From a virus, in IMG/VR virus record IMGVR_UViG_3300034760_000060, positions 6,541-70,540 of that record: DNA of 64,000 nucleotides; one strand, given 5' to 3'. The position numbers were made by a program, and so were the translations under genes. The notes under the pieces are model-generated. The model was not told the DNA's origin. It saw only the letters and a list, made by a program, of their open reading frames with translations, and searched no databases. The stretch's first letter is position 1. Every line of letters begins with the position of its first letter. Shown one piece after another: positions 63,755 through 64,000 of this stretch.

Positions 63755-64000
63755 GGACCTCAGCGCGGACGATTAGAAAAGTCCTTATCGTAATGCCATC
63801 GTTGCCCCTTAATAGGAGTTTTTTCCTCAATTTACCGTTCAGGAGCGCGCCACCTCATTTCCAAGTTTTTCAAATACCGGCCATCAGTTGATCCATTCAG
63901 CGCCCACCGCTGCGAGCGCATTGCAGCCAACCACGCTGGTACCCGTGCTGGTCACGGCGACTTTCGCCAAGGCACGCCCGGCAATGGATCCCCCGGTCAA

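Noticed and set aside
1-64000. CRISPR array, reverse transcriptase, diversity-generating retroelement or retron
   Set aside because: No regularly spaced repeats, no YxDD RT motif in a credible ORF, and no template/variable repeat pair near the tail fibre were seen
63755-64000. Intact IS3 element or host gene at the right edge
   Set aside because: Only a truncated transposase fragment and a possible end sequence are visible; no complete ORF or paired inverted repeats can be supported

Overview
Almost the whole window (1 to about 63140) is one lambdoid temperate siphovirus prophage. The host is GC-rich and probably a betaproteobacterium; an Oxalobacteraceae/Massilia-like host is an inference only. 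The integrase and attL lie off the left edge. From left to right: a leftward early operon (NinB, KTSC, YqaJ exonuclease, RecT, HNHs, micro-ORFs); an immunity region whose OL and OR operators (GTATAG-N5-CTATAC) flank accessory genes and a CI-like repressor with no visible peptidase domain; a rightward early operon (Cro, P22 gp17-like, KilA-N, alpha/beta hydrolase, a C5 methyltransferase split over two overlapping frames, a 2OG-Fe(II) oxygenase-like protein, Ref nuclease, an amino-methyltransferase with an inserted HTH, replication proteins, dATP/dGTP diphosphohydrolase, RusA, Q-like protein); a late leader with a LexA box, two tRNA-Ser genes and about 1.6 kb of densely structured, mostly non-coding sequence; head, tail (with a -1 frameshift chaperone and a 2015-aa tape measure) and lysis modules; and right-end morons. 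The prophage ends at a 3' fragment of a tRNA-Ser gene (attR), followed by a tRNA-linked palindrome and an IS3 remnant. All annotations come from reading motifs by eye; no searches were run.
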